A stretch of 64,000 nt of DNA from Paramoeba atlantica (lineage: Eukaryota > Protista > Discosea): assembly GCA_977017575.1 (NCBI GenBank), contig CDRNVI010000092.1:37643-101642 (forward strand), written 5' to 3'. Shown one piece after another: positions 7,694 to 16,974 of the stretch. Position 1 is the first letter of the stretch. The number at the start of each line of letters is the position of its first letter. The position numbers were made by a program, and so were the translations under genes. Below the pieces are notes generated by a model. It was not told the DNA's origin. It searched no databases and saw only the letters and a program-made list of their open reading frames with translations.

Positions 7694-10477
7694 TCATAAT
7701 CTGCTATACGGATCCGCTGGATTGTCCTTTGAAGTTATATAACGCGCCTGCACTGCTATGCCGTTACGTTGGAGGAATTTTAATAACCCGCACAATTCCG
7801 CTGTGATCCCATCTGAACGGGACATTCTCCTATTTATGGCAGCCAGGCAGGAAGTATTGTCCACAAACAAATCCACACATGTGTCCCTATTAAAAAAGTG
7901 TCCATACTTTTGAAATGCTAATCTCACCGCTCGTGTTTCCGCTCGATTTACCTCGTAATCAAATCCAACAGGCCATGAAGCTCCCGTGCAACACACTTGC
8001 CCGTAGTCCAAATATAGAACTGCCCCCCAGCCTGTAGAAGACGCATCGGTGCACAGGATATGGCAATGAGGGACGGTATCTGGATGCCGCACGGGTTCAA
8101 CGGGGGAACGGTGGATCAAAGCATCCCGCCACTCACAAAGGGTTCTTCGGACCCCAAAAGGAAGTGGAACGAGTTTGTCCCCTAACGTCGGGTCTCGATT
8201 TAAATTATTTATCCGTCGGCGTACTATTTTCAATTGCATGTGGTACTGCGGGATCCCGATTCCCATCACGGCCGAACCAAAAATAAGCCTCCCAACCCCT
8301 GCCTCCAATCCGGAATAAGTTCCATTCATATAGTCATCCAATTGCAACCTTTTCGTAATTTTTGGTCCAAGAGCGACCTTCCCCAATCGATGATGATAAT
8401 TCACCCCATTAAACGTATAATTTTGTAACGGAGGGGTACCAACGTCCTTAAAAAGGGCATTCACCTTCAACGCACGCGCATCAATAAACTCGGCATATTT
8501 CTTTGTTACTTGATCGTCTGCGGCATAACGAATTCCGTCTATATAGACATCAAGACCAGGATGTACAAAAGCGGATTTCCTAGTGCAGTAATTTGGGTCC
8601 CCAGCAATGGTCGATGTGATCGTGTGCATCAGTTCTGGTGCACAGCGATGCCCCATAGGCATTACATTCATTTGATATAGGACCCCGTCCTGATTTGTAA
8701 AGCGAAACTTTGCTCGGCTCGCTGCAGGAATGTTTACTTGAAAGAAGCCGCATGCCAAATCCCTCTTCACCGCCGACTGCTGGCGAGCTCGATGGAGGTA
8801 AAAGGCTGCATGCTTAACCGGAACATGGGGTTTGTACGTCTCTTTCACACGCACATTATCAGATTGGGTCCAGGCGATAAATCGACGACGTTCGGCGCCA
8901 TTTTCGGCCGGTTCTACTACAGTAAACGGTACTACATATTCCATCGTGGGACTTTTCGCTTCTTGTTCGCGTGATACCTCCGAAATAAAACTTGCGTCCA
9001 CCAGCTCTGTAATATCTCTTGTATTCAAAAACGATTTGCTTTTTGGTGCCGGACTCGGACTTTCCGGCAATGCTGTCAATTTTGACCACGTGTCCTCGAA
9101 GCGCTGACGAGTCTGATTATTCATCATCTCCTTAACATCTCCTAACTCTATGTTAGGAATACCTTTCTTCACGTGTAACGGAAGCTTTAGCTCCTCCCCT
9201 TGTGCGACTCTCGAAGTTCTTCTCGATCTCGTAATCGTGTGTCTTACCTTTTCATGTGGCACATCTTCCAAAAACTTGCAAAATAGCACTTCGGGATCTA
9301 AATAATTCTTAATTTCTTTGTCGCATTTTGTGTCCCCAATGCTAATGCCGTCGTCACGGGATCTGCGTTGTAGCGTAGCAGGGATTCCAGGGCCTGGTGT
9401 TTGGCTAGGTGTTGTACCTCGTCTAGACGGAGAGTCCCTTTTACCACTTCGGCGAACAGTTGTGTTATTGCCCCCCTTTTCGCCGAGTGCGTTCCGTACC
9501 CCTTTCCTAGAATATCTCGAATTCTGCTGTCGACCTGGGATACTGGGGTCCGAGACATGGGTTCCCACTGCCCCAATCGGTTGATATACTCGTATAGTTG
9601 CCTGGTTCCCTGTCCCTCTATCACCGTGTACATGGAAGGGCGGAAAGGATTTAATCGAGACGTTTTCGTGTTCCTGCCCCACGAGATAACTATTCGGTGG
9701 GGTGTTACCTCGTGAAATTGCGCTTTTGTCAAACTTGCTGTTTCGGTCCACCGACTTGCTGCTTTCCAGGAGAGCAGTAAGGTATGTTTTTCGCTCCTTG
9801 GGAGATTTCGCCAAAGTCGATGGAGTAACTCGGGGGTCAACGGTTTCATTTGCCGCACTGGCTCGGTCGCCCCCTCCGCTAGGAGCGACTTTATATAGAA
9901 TTTCAGCGGATTCGTTTCCGTGCCCGCGAGGTTTAACAACGTAGCGAGACTTCGCGCGTATGTAATCTTTCCCTGCGCTCTGATGTTCATACTCGCCAGA
10001 AACGTTACTGCGTGTATCGCGTTGAGCGTTATTCCCTTCCCCTTGCAAAATGCGTTCAGTCGCTCCCATAGCCTCGCGCGGCTCTGCCATGTCGCATTGC
10101 TCCACATTTCGGACATGGCATCCATAGCAGTCCGTATTTCGTCGGTCATATGTGTGACCCCCATCAATAGTCGCAATAATTCCATTCTTTCCGGTGTTGT
10201 TTGAACGCTTAGCGTTCCCCCGTAAACGTGCCCGGAGCGTAATATTCTCCCTTTCAAGTTTACAACACTGTGGACCTTCCCAGCTTGGCTGTTTGAATCT
10301 TCGGTTTGTAGTTTCCTCCTCTTTGATACTGGCATTATTGTTATACTGCCTCTTTTGAAACTGATTGTACTGGCCGTTTGGGTGGGACTTTGTCAGAAGT
10401 TCTTGCCGCTGTGCGCAGGGCCAGCCACCCTTGAACGAAAATCCGGCTGTTGGAAGCGTTTTGGGCAGTTCCGCCAC
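7694..10477 (-). CDS. YR1 RT/RNase H ORF, second copy
   Basis: Differs from the first copy at one residue (LAKSP vs LATSP), caused by the same nucleotide change as in the YR frame. Confidence 0.9.
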   Translation of the reverse strand: MAELPKTLPTAGFSFKGGWPCAQRQELLTKSHPNGQYNQFQKRQYNNNASIKEEETTNRRFKQPSWEGPQCCKLERENITLRARLRGNAKRSNNTGKNGIIATIDGGHTYDRRNTDCYGCHVRNVEQCDMAEPREAMGATERILQGEGNNAQRDTRSNVSGEYEHQSAGKDYIRAKSRYVVKPRGHGNESAEILYKVAPSGGGDRASAANETVDPRVTPSTLAKSPKERKTYLTALLESSKSVDRNSKFDKSAISRGNTPPNSYLVGQEHENVSIKSFPPFHVHGDRGTGNQATIRVYQPIGAVGTHVSDPSIPGRQQNSRYSRKGVRNALGEKGGNNTTVRRSGKRDSPSRRGTTPSQTPGPGIPATLQRRSRDDGISIGDTKCDKEIKNYLDPEVLFCKFLEDVPHEKVRHTITRSRRTSRVAQGEELKLPLHVKKGIPNIELGDVKEMMNNQTRQRFEDTWSKLTALPESPSPAPKSKSFLNTRDITELVDASFISEVSREQEAKSPTMEYVVPFTVVEPAENGAERRRFIAWTQSDNVRVKETYKPHVPVKHAAFYLHRARQQSAVKRDLACGFFQVNIPAASRAKFRFTNQDGVLYQMNVMPMGHRCAPELMHTITSTIAGDPNYCTRKSAFVHPGLDVYIDGIRYAADDQVTKKYAEFIDARALKVNALFKDVGTPPLQNYTFNGVNYHHRLGKVALGPKITKRLQLDDYMNGTYSGLEAGVGRLIFGSAVMGIGIPQYHMQLKIVRRRINNLNRDPTLGDKLVPLPFGVRRTLCEWRDALIHRSPVEPVRHPDTVPHCHILCTDASSTGWGAVLYLDYGQVCCTGASWPVGFDYEVNRAETRAVRLAFQKYGHFFNRDTCVDLFVDNTSCLAAINRRMSRSDGITAELCGLLKFLQRNGIAVQARYITSKDNPADPYSRL
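9298..10335 (-). CDS. YR1 tyrosine recombinase, second copy
   Basis: Differs from the first copy at one residue (WRNLP vs WRHLP). Confidence 0.9.
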   Translation of the reverse strand: MPVSKRRKLQTEDSNSQAGKVHSVVNLKGRILRSGHVYGGTLSVQTTPERMELLRLLMGVTHMTDEIRTAMDAMSEMWSNATWQSRARLWERLNAFCKGKGITLNAIHAVTFLASMNIRAQGKITYARSLATLLNLAGTETNPLKFYIKSLLAEGATEPVRQMKPLTPELLHRLWRNLPRSEKHTLLLSWKAASRWTETASLTKAQFHEVTPHRIVISWGRNTKTSRLNPFRPSMYTVIEGQGTRQLYEYINRLGQWEPMSRTPVSQVDSRIRDILGKGYGTHSAKRGAITQLFAEVVKGTLRLDEVQHLAKHQALESLLRYNADPVTTALALGTQNATKKLRII

Positions 10478-11532
10478 ATGTGGTCAGGCGAGCGACATCC
10501 GAAGCAAAGCCCTCCTCTGCGAAATGTTGTAGGTGGTCGGGTAAACCCCGAATCTTGAGGATACGAACGAGCTGCCGTAGATTGCGCCGTGTAGGTCGTG
10601 TACGCGCGAGCATAGTGCTTCTGTCGTTCAGCAAGCTGATCGCTTACGTGATGGTAAAATTTATCGTTCGGCCGAACCTCCTTCTGTAATTTTTCGTGGA
10701 CCAACTCTACATCAACACGACGTGCACGCCAGTATGCATCCCGAAGCATCTGAACAATGGCTCTTCCCATTTCTATAAAAGCCCCCTGATTCCATCCGGG
10801 CGTCTGACGGGCCAATACGATCCACTTGCAAAAGATCCCCGTAAAATTCCGCTCCTGTTGTTTCACAAAAGAACGATCCTGGAAGAACTGATTGACCCTT
10901 AATCCAAACTCGGGAGCGTCACGCAACTCGCGCATTAAGTCTCGGGTACGAAAGCCACCCTCATCCAATGTTAGAAGCCATGGTTCGTAAGTGATTGGTT
11001 CGTACGGGTCCAGTGCATTGGGATCAAGAATGGGGGGCGTCGTTTCACTAGCAGAAAGGTCTCCTGGCAATCCCTGTTCTCCATGGTCAGTAGTAGTCAC
11101 CGGACGTGGAACTCGAGATGTCATAGTCTGTGTTCGCGGTAATACCGCAGTCGGATCATTAGAAGTACGCAAGTTTTCGGATTCCGTAATACGCATTTCG
11201 TCCTGAATGTCAACTCGATAATAGTTCAACTCGCTGTAGGGAAAGGGATACTCCTTATTTGGCTCGTCGGACCATACCCCCCACAACTCCAATCCTTCCT
11301 TTCGTATCTTCCCCTCCAGCATCTGTGTGGGCTCGTTCGGTTCATCCTTCCTGCGAAATACCGCACGAACTCTTACACTTGGTCTTTCACCTTGAGCAAC
11401 AAGTAACTTTTCTCTCACAACCGTACATAGTTGATTCAAAGCCTGTGCAGGCAGCGGCTCGGTAGGCGCGAGCTCGTCTGCACCGGGTGACACACTCCGT
11501 AAATTCCGTAAAGAACGCGTCGATGAAGTCAT
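10393..11532 (-). CDS. YR1 Gag-like protein, second copy
   Basis: Translation identical to 5869-7008. Confidence 0.85.
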   Translation of the reverse strand: MTSSTRSLRNLRSVSPGADELAPTEPLPAQALNQLCTVVREKLLVAQGERPSVRVRAVFRRKDEPNEPTQMLEGKIRKEGLELWGVWSDEPNKEYPFPYSELNYYRVDIQDEMRITESENLRTSNDPTAVLPRTQTMTSRVPRPVTTTDHGEQGLPGDLSASETTPPILDPNALDPYEPITYEPWLLTLDEGGFRTRDLMRELRDAPEFGLRVNQFFQDRSFVKQQERNFTGIFCKWIVLARQTPGWNQGAFIEMGRAIVQMLRDAYWRARRVDVELVHEKLQKEVRPNDKFYHHVSDQLAERQKHYARAYTTYTAQSTAARSYPQDSGFTRPPTTFRRGGLCFGCRSPDHMWRNCPKRFQQPDFRSRVAGPAHSGKNF

Positions 11533-11576
11533 AGCAACTTTCCTTACGCGAATATATAGTTCCTATATAATTAAAG

Positions 11577-13298
11577 ATAGCATCCCGGTCCCATCTTCTA
11601 AATCAGCTTTGGTACCTCGACGACGGGGTGCTAATAGGGGAACCCCAGGAAGTCAGAAAAGCTTTGGACATTCTAGCAGAGGTCGGTCCAAAGTGGGGAC
11701 TTTTTCTAAACCTCTCCAAGTGCGAGATTATCACACCCCCAGCGTCAGCACATACGTCGACTTTATTTCCGGACATACCAAGCGAAAAGATACGGTACGA
11801 CGGCAATTTTGAGATCCTAGGTACCCCAGTTGGCTCGGCAGAACACTGTACGGACTTCCTTAGGACCCATGCCATCGATCCAGCCAGCGAAACCCTAGGG
11901 GCCACAACGCTGATAGAAGATCCCCAAGTCGCCCTCTCCTTAATACGACAATGTGCCGGCTTTTGCCAGATGGTTTACGCTCTAAGGACTACTCCCCCGC
12001 AAGCCCTCGGAGAACTGCCTCAAGAGCTCGACAAACACTTAACAGAGGCTGTCGAAATTGCACTCTTTCCCCTCGATGCTAATGCCAAGGACCAAATACA
12101 AAGACCCAAACGTCACGGGGGATTCGGCCTCCGATCTTCAGCCCTACATCAGTCGGCCGCCTACGTTTCCTCTGTCGCATTCGCCGCAGAAATAGACAAA
12201 TGGGACCCCACGGAAGCCCAAGGATTTGCCGCTGCTGTTCGCGACGTGAATAATAAGGCAGGGGTCGAGCTGGTCGATGAAAAGACGGGACGTATCCTTA
12301 AACCGCCCTCTCTCATACCGGAACGCCAAAACAACAAGCGAAGCCCCAGTTCCCGGCCCACAAAGCGCAAACTCGGCTCATCGCTGGTACCACCACTCCC
12401 CGCAGATGTTTCTGAACCGGAAACAATTGTCCCTCGTCAAAAACATCTGAGTGAAGCAATATCAGAGCAGGAGTTCACGGCAGCATACCGAAAAGCAGAG
12501 GCAAGAACCAGGGCCCGGTGGGTTTCACAATCGGGAAGAGGAGCAGGAAACTGGGCCTTCGTAGTACCCTCAAAGAGCAGAGGTTACGCTTTTACTAAAA
12601 CTGAGTTCAGGACTCTTTCGCGTTGGTGGCTTGGAATGGACGTCTTCCCGGAAGATCGAACATGCCCAGCAGAAGGCTGCACCCTCCCATTGCTAAAGAA
12701 TGGAGAGCACGCCATACTATGTAAAAACGGACACGGTTTGATATCCCGCCACAACGCCCTGGCACATCAGTTCACTTCTTTCTGCAGCAAGGCCTTTCTC
12801 CAACCACAGAGAGAAAAGAGTCTGGGAAACCGAGGCCCAGGTGGCGCTCTCACTAGACCCGCGGACGTTTTTCTTCCTACTGGCTCTCTGGAAAAGGGAG
12901 TTCTGGCGCAAGGAATGGTATTAGATTTTGCAGTCACACATGCGCAGCAAATGAAGTATTTGGACCTAGTCCGTACTGCTAGCTGGGTGACACCAGGATC
13001 TTTTGCCGGACAGTACGCCGAGACGAAGGCGAGGCAGCGACAAGAAGCGGATGATGCGGGACACCTTTTCGAAGCTATGGTCGTCGAATCCTTTGGCTCT
13101 TGGAGCGAAAGCGCGCTCTCGGTTCTCCGTAATATCGGAGCACAACGGGCTAATGCGTCAAAAGAGCTTCTCTCACGGAGCCAAGCGCGAAATGACCTCC
13201 TAACGGAGCTCAACATTGCCCTGATGCGTTCCCAAGCCAGAATGATGGTTTCACGCATCTGCGTGCCGGATCCCACGGAACCTATGGTAGTGACATAG
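11577..13298 (+). CDS. Same CRE1 ORF, 3' part: RT YLDD motif, thumb, CCHC knuckle, restriction-like endonuclease
   Basis: Reads IASRSHLLNQLWYLDDGVLIG, directly continuing EDIA from 1868; CPAEGC...HAILC...HN, RPADV, DFAVTH, ESFG motifs. Confidence 0.9.
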   Translation: MASRSHLLNQLWYLDDGVLIGEPQEVRKALDILAEVGPKWGLFLNLSKCEIITPPASAHTSTLFPDIPSEKIRYDGNFEILGTPVGSAEHCTDFLRTHAIDPASETLGATTLIEDPQVALSLIRQCAGFCQMVYALRTTPPQALGELPQELDKHLTEAVEIALFPLDANAKDQIQRPKRHGGFGLRSSALHQSAAYVSSVAFAAEIDKWDPTEAQGFAAAVRDVNNKAGVELVDEKTGRILKPPSLIPERQNNKRSPSSRPTKRKLGSSLVPPLPADVSEPETIVPRQKHLSEAISEQEFTAAYRKAEARTRARWVSQSGRGAGNWAFVVPSKSRGYAFTKTEFRTLSRWWLGMDVFPEDRTCPAEGCTLPLLKNGEHAILCKNGHGLISRHNALAHQFTSFCSKAFLQPQREKSLGNRGPGGALTRPADVFLPTGSLEKGVLAQGMVLDFAVTHAQQMKYLDLVRTASWVTPGSFAGQYAETKARQRQEADDAGHLFEAMVVESFGSWSESALSVLRNIGAQRANASKELLSRSQARNDLLTELNIALMRSQARMMVSRICVPDPTEPMVVT

Positions 13299-13324
13299 GT
13301 CGTGGGCACACAAACTGCCGGTCC

Positions 13325-13563
13325 GGATGCCGGTCGATGCCGACAGGGTCTACGCTCACGCCTAGTCCGCCAGGTCTAGGTACTCCAAGTGAGGTAGGAC
13401 AAGGGCTGGGAACTTTGTTCCCTCCCCGTCGGCCAGCATCATGCTCCGCGACCGTGCCGCTGTCGGCACAGGCCCATTGCTTGCGCCCTCTCGTACAACA
13501 AGAGAAGGGTTAACAAGGCAAGCTGGGAGAGGTCGAAAGACCCGGTCCGGAACGCGCGAATGG
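13325..13563 (+). ncRNA. Conserved structured 3'-UTR RNA of CRE1 elements, divergent variant A
   Basis: Multiple stems with compensatory changes relative to the other copies; followed by a purine-rich tail and poly(A) at 13800-13828. Confidence 0.75.
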
Positions 13564-13797
13564 TTAGGGGAAAGTCTGCCCCTCCTAGCCGAGGGAGACC
13601 TTACCCTCCCTGGAAAGCTGGTAAGATTGGTAAGGGGAAGTGGGTAAGATGGGAAAGCATGTATTTGCTAGTTATATATTTTGCTCGTTTTCAAAATGGG
13701 GGGAAGTGAGGGAAAGAAGTTGAGCAAGTAGGAAAGTAAGTGAGAAAGTCATACCGTACATACATATATAAAGTTAGAACTCGTACTCTTCCCCCCC

Positions 13798-13831
<34 letters not shown>

Positions 13832-13848
13832 CTTGCATCCTCTGGTCC

Positions 13849-14081
13849 GGATGTTGGTTGTGTCGACAGAGTCTATACTCACGCCTAGCCCGCGAGGGCT
13901 AGGTACCCCAAGTGAGGTAGTACACGGGCAGTGAATCTCCTCCCCGTCGGCCAGCATCCTGTTTCGCGACCGTGTCGCTGTCGACACAGGCCCGCGCCTG
14001 CGCCCTCCCGTATAGCAAGGGAAGGGTTCACAAGTCAGGCCGTGGAGAGGTCGAAAGACCCGGTCCGGAACGCGCGGATGG
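13849..14081 (+). ncRNA. Structured 3'-UTR RNA, variant B (5'-truncated insertion with no ORF)
   Basis: GGATG...CCAGCATCC, CCTAGCCC-GCGA-GGGCTAGG and GGTC-GAAA-GACC; poly(A) at 14213-14234. Confidence 0.75.
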
Positions 14082-14232
14082 ATTGGGCGTGGATTGCTTC
14101 CTTTTTTATTATTATTGTTATCAGAATCATAAATAACTTAAGGCAGGTTGAATTACTAGTTTTGGGCTACAACATGTGAAATTGCTAACTTGATTGCTTG
14201 TTTACAAATCATAAAAAAAAAAAAAAAAAAAA

Positions 14233-15354
14233 AAGGCCGGAATATCTTTACTTGACTCGCGAGGCCGTATCCTCACAGCGCCGAACGCCCCTTGCGAAAA
14301 AGCAGTTGGCAGCCCTTTCTCCCATAGAAAGAGGAAACGCCCCCTAGGTGTCATCGATCAGCCTCCCTCGGAGATCTGCCTACCCCTGCGCATAACTTCC
14401 CGCACCATGCATACACCTGAGGAAATACACTTTTCTACACCGCTGTACGCCTCGGAGGATTGTGCTGATACGACCCCCCCGCAATGGTTGAAAGGGAAGA
14501 TCCCTCGCCAGCGAGACATCAGCTACGCGATCGCGGCCCACGATTTCTCCCAATCATACGAAATGTCAGATGTGCGGACACGAGCACGATGGATATCTCA
14601 GTGCGGTAAAGGGGCAAGCAGCTGGGCTTTTGTAACCCCGTCTAAGGACATGGGGTATTCCTTTACCCCTACAGCATTTCGAACCTTGGCCCGTTGGTGG
14701 TTAGGGATCGATGTTTACCCTGAAGAAGGGAAGTGTCCTATGCCGAAATGCCCTCTTCCACTCGACACAAAAGGGGACCACGCATTGTCTTGCAAGCACG
14801 ACAACGGAATTATCGCGAGGCACAATGCCGTGGCAGATCACTTCACGGACCTTTGCAGCAGAGCCAAACTGGCCCCACAACGGGAGAAAAGTCTTGGCAA
14901 CAGAGGCCCAGGGGGGGGCCTCACCAGACCTGGCGACGTATACCTGCGCAGTCTTTTCTTGGGGAATCCCATCGTGCTTGACTTCGCGGTCACCCATGCT
15001 CAGCAACTAAAATATACGGACAAAGTCCGGAACGCTAGCTGGGTAACCGCGGGGTCGTTTGCCGAGCATTATTCCTCCATGGAGAAGGGTAGGCAGCGCC
15101 GGGAAGCCGTTGACGCCGGGTGTGACTTTACGGCCATGGTGGTCGAAAGCTATGGCGCCTGGAGCCCCAGTGCTTCAGCAGTGATCCGCAAAGTTGGGGA
15201 ACGTCTCTCACATGCCTCGTGTGGGTTATTGACAGAGGGGGAAGCCACGAGCAGAATCTTTACGGAGCTGAACGTCACCCTCATGCGCCTTCAGGCGCGC
15301 ATGATGGTTACTCGTTTACTTCCTGAGGATCCGCTCTCTCCTACGGAGGTGTAA
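14233..15354 (+). pseudogene. 5'-truncated CRE1 ORF (thumb end, CCHC, endonuclease)
   Basis: CPMPKC...HALSC...HN, RPGDV, DFAVTH; begins mid-ORF right after poly(A). Confidence 0.85.
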
Positions 15355-15422
15355 ACGTTCGTAAGCGTCGACCGCGCCCCTTTTGGCACGGGAACACGTT
15401 TGCGCCCATGAAGAGCTGGTCG

Positions 15423-15655
15423 GGATGCTGGTCGAGTCGACAGAGTCTATACTCACGCCTAGCCCGCGAGGGCTAGGTACCCCAAGTGAGGTAGTACACG
15501 GGTAGTGAATCTCCTCCCCGTCGGCCAGCATCCTGTTTCGTGACCGTGTCGCTGTCGACACAGGCCCGCGCCTGCGCCCTCCCGTATAGCAAGGGAAGGG
15601 TTCACAAGTCAGGCCGTGGAGTGGTCGAAAGACCCGGTCCGGAACGCGCGAATGG
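15423..15655 (+). ncRNA. Structured 3'-UTR RNA, variant B
   Basis: Near-identical to the 13849 copy; lies 69 nt after the ORF stop. Confidence 0.75.
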
Positions 15656-15907
15656 ATTGGGTCTGGATTGCTTGTTTTTATTTTTACTGTGTCTTATTTG
15701 TCGTATATACTTAGGGGAGATTGAATTGCTAGTTTTGGGCTGAGAAAAAAGAAAAAGAAAATATACTTCTGTGGAAATGAAAAGAATTGCTAATTTGATT
15801 GCTTGTTTTAAATTCATATACCCAAAAAAAAAAAAATTCAACTTGGCGAAAAAAATGACAAAAAAAATATTTTTCCAAAATCGTAAAAAAAAAAAAAAAA
15901 AAAAAAA

Positions 15908-16749
15908 GACGAGAGTTTGTGAGCAACTGCTTCTTTCCCGCGATCAGAATCCTTCGTTGCACATTAAGGCGGCATGTAATCGGAAGAACGCGGCGACTTC
16001 GGCGAAACAAATATCCCACGGGAAAGTACGTCGAGTCGGGATGGAAATGTGGGCGGTATGGGAAGAGGAGCCAGATCGAGATGATCAATTGGTTGAGCGA
16101 CAGAAGCAATATGCACGTGTTCAGTCTTTCTCTGCTCCACCATCTATGCAAGTTTCGCGTCCCAATCAGTTCCCACCGCGACATAATGCATATCCTCCAC
16201 GACGAAATTTATTATGCTTTGGATGTCGGTCGCCTGATCACATTTGGCGCAACTGCCCGAAGCGATTCCAGCAGGATTTTCGAGGACGGGTGGCTGGCCC
16301 TGCCCACAGCAGCAAGAGTTTCTGACAAAACCACACCCTAACGGCCAGTTCTATAGTAACATTCAAACGAAACAGAACGACACTTTTAATGCAAGTTCCC
16401 AAAAGGAGAAGAGTGGAAGAGAACATTGTACCAGTGGATGTTCGCAATGTGCAGAATTTATCAGGGAGATACGTGAGATGCGAGAATTTTTACGGCGGAA
16501 CTTTGAGTTTGCAAGTAGCGGATACGGCGCGCGGAAATCTAGTGAAATTACTAATGGGGGTCACAGCAATGACCCCGGAAATCAGGCAGGCATTGGATGC
16601 GATGGGAAATATGTGGAGCGCATCGACTTGGCAGGCGAGGGCAAGGTTGTGGGAAAGGTTGACGGCCTTTTGTCATTGGAAACAAATCGAAATCACCCCA
16701 ATTCATGCAGTAACTTTCATCGCAAGTTTACCAATCAAAATCCAAGGAA
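15908..16749 (+). pseudogene. Fragment of a YR1-related element: internally deleted gag 3' end plus YR 5' end
   Basis: CFGCRSPDHIWRNC; MQVPKRRR...STWQARARLWERL matches the N-terminus of the YR1 recombinase. Confidence 0.85.
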
Positions 16750-16900
16750 AGTTTCTGTACCTTGTTGATTTATTTTCTTATTATCTCAATCGTTATGACG
16801 CGCCCTTCCCGCTCAGTCGTGAGCAAAAATTCAGACCTGAAGACAAGTCGTACAACAGAGAAATCACGTGAAAAAGGAAAGCGTGGCAAAGAAAAGAAGG
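16750..16900 (+). mobile_element. 5' stub of a CRE3 element preceded by an 18-nt SL remnant
   Basis: AGTTTCTGTACCTTGTTG, then sequence nearly identical to the reverse complement of about 24905-25036 (MTRPSRSVVSKN). Confidence 0.8.
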
Positions 16901-16932
16901 AACGATAAAGATACAGTTTCTGTACCTTGTTG
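16901..16932 (+). other. Spliced-leader-exon-like 32-mer
   Basis: AACGATAAAGATACAGTTTCTGTACCTTGTTG contains the euglenozoan SL core CAGTTTCTGTAC; not followed by a GT donor. Confidence 0.8.
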
Positions 16933-16974
16933 AATTATTTTCTTTTTTCCTTTCCCCTTTTTGGTTCAACTAGT

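Larger units (their letters stand above)
1868..11576 (-). mobile_element. Tandem dimer of a VIPER/TATE-like YR retrotransposon (family YR1) with split direct repeats, layout (truncated A)-ORFs-B-A-ORFs-B-A-B
   Basis: Two near-identical units with 4524-bp period. B repeats at 1868-2492, 2683-3288 and 7203-7812; A repeats at 2491-2682, 7011-7202 and a stub at 11535-11554. Confidence 0.85.

Noticed and set aside
13540-13570. GCGAATGG resembling HDV ribozyme J4/2, and TCCCCGT resembling L3
   Set aside because: I could not build consistent P2, P3 and P1.1 helices, and variant C lacks the candidate catalytic C.
13691-13987. Recurrent small ORFs (MSTATRSRNRMLADGEE..., MNLLPVGQHP...)
   Set aside because: They are translations of the repeated 3'-UTR RNA; starts, stops and lengths vary between copies.
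13849-14081. 3' RNA as a group I/II intron, RNase P/MRP or hammerhead
   Set aside because: No P7 GACUA/UAGUC pair, no domain V, no GGAAAGUC CR-I in the core and no CUGANGA/GAAA core.
16901-16932. Functional SL RNA gene
   Set aside because: No GT donor or conserved intron follows any copy, and the first bases of the exon appear to be missing.
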